Positions 63,908 through 64,000 of a stretch of DNA of 64,000 bases are shown here, in pieces. The position numbers were made by a program, and so were the translations under genes. The DNA comes from Nageia nagi (taxonomy: Eukaryota > Plantae > Pinophyta): positions 174,902,001 through 174,966,000 of the forward strand of contig JBITNC010000001.1 in NCBI GenBank assembly GCA_050084985.1, in the 5' to 3' direction. The notes beneath the pieces were generated by a model that searched no databases, had not been told where the DNA came from, and worked only from the letters and a program-made list of their open reading frames with translations. Positions within the stretch are counted from its first letter, which is position 1; every line of letters begins with the position of its first letter.

Positions 63908-63939
63908 TCCCTCTAATTGTACCACATACCTGTTTATAA
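63908..63939 (+). CDS. NDPK5: Probable NDPK5-like terminal exon (VPLIVPHTCL*)
   Basis: Long polypyrimidine tract + TTTCAG acceptor; phase-1 join with exon 4 gives a 182-aa protein ending H-x-x-L-stop. Confidence 0.45.
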
Positions 63940-64000
63940 AGAGTGCGGGCAGTGCCTGTCCTTCCTTAAGACAGTCTCGGTGAGTCCACATACAAACACA

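Overview
AT-rich eukaryotic (plant) genomic DNA. The very large TE-filled intron, old nested LTR elements and heavy C>T/G>A decay suggest a gymnosperm-type genome (inference). One host gene is present: a type IV / NDPK5-like nucleoside diphosphate kinase on the + strand, with exons at 32794-32855, 32931-33167, 34307-34414, 58402-58511 and a probable last exon at 63908-63939; its third intron is about 24 kb. Upstream (1-31.5 kb) is a stack of decayed elements: L1-like LINE remnants, a Tat-type Ty3/gypsy element (5191-13530, -) with G-patch and extra RNase H, and a Ty1/copia element (14873-31482, -) split by an 11-kb CACTA transposon (18118-29063, TSD TTT). The CACTA element carries divergently oriented genes and telomere-like arrays. 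Intron 3 holds an inverted pair of hAT remnants, a TRIM-like element (TSD CAAAC) and a 16.4-kb LTR element (41639-58039, TSD GGTCC). That element has 3-kb LTRs that each contain a self-contained, promoter-equipped ~175-codon ORF, and its internal ORF carries two tandem retropepsin-like domains lacking the D[ST]G site. Nested in it is a chromovirus lacking recognisable gag and protease (TSD TGTTT), itself carrying an inverted solo LTR. All calls were made by eye from the sequence and ORF track; no database searches were run.
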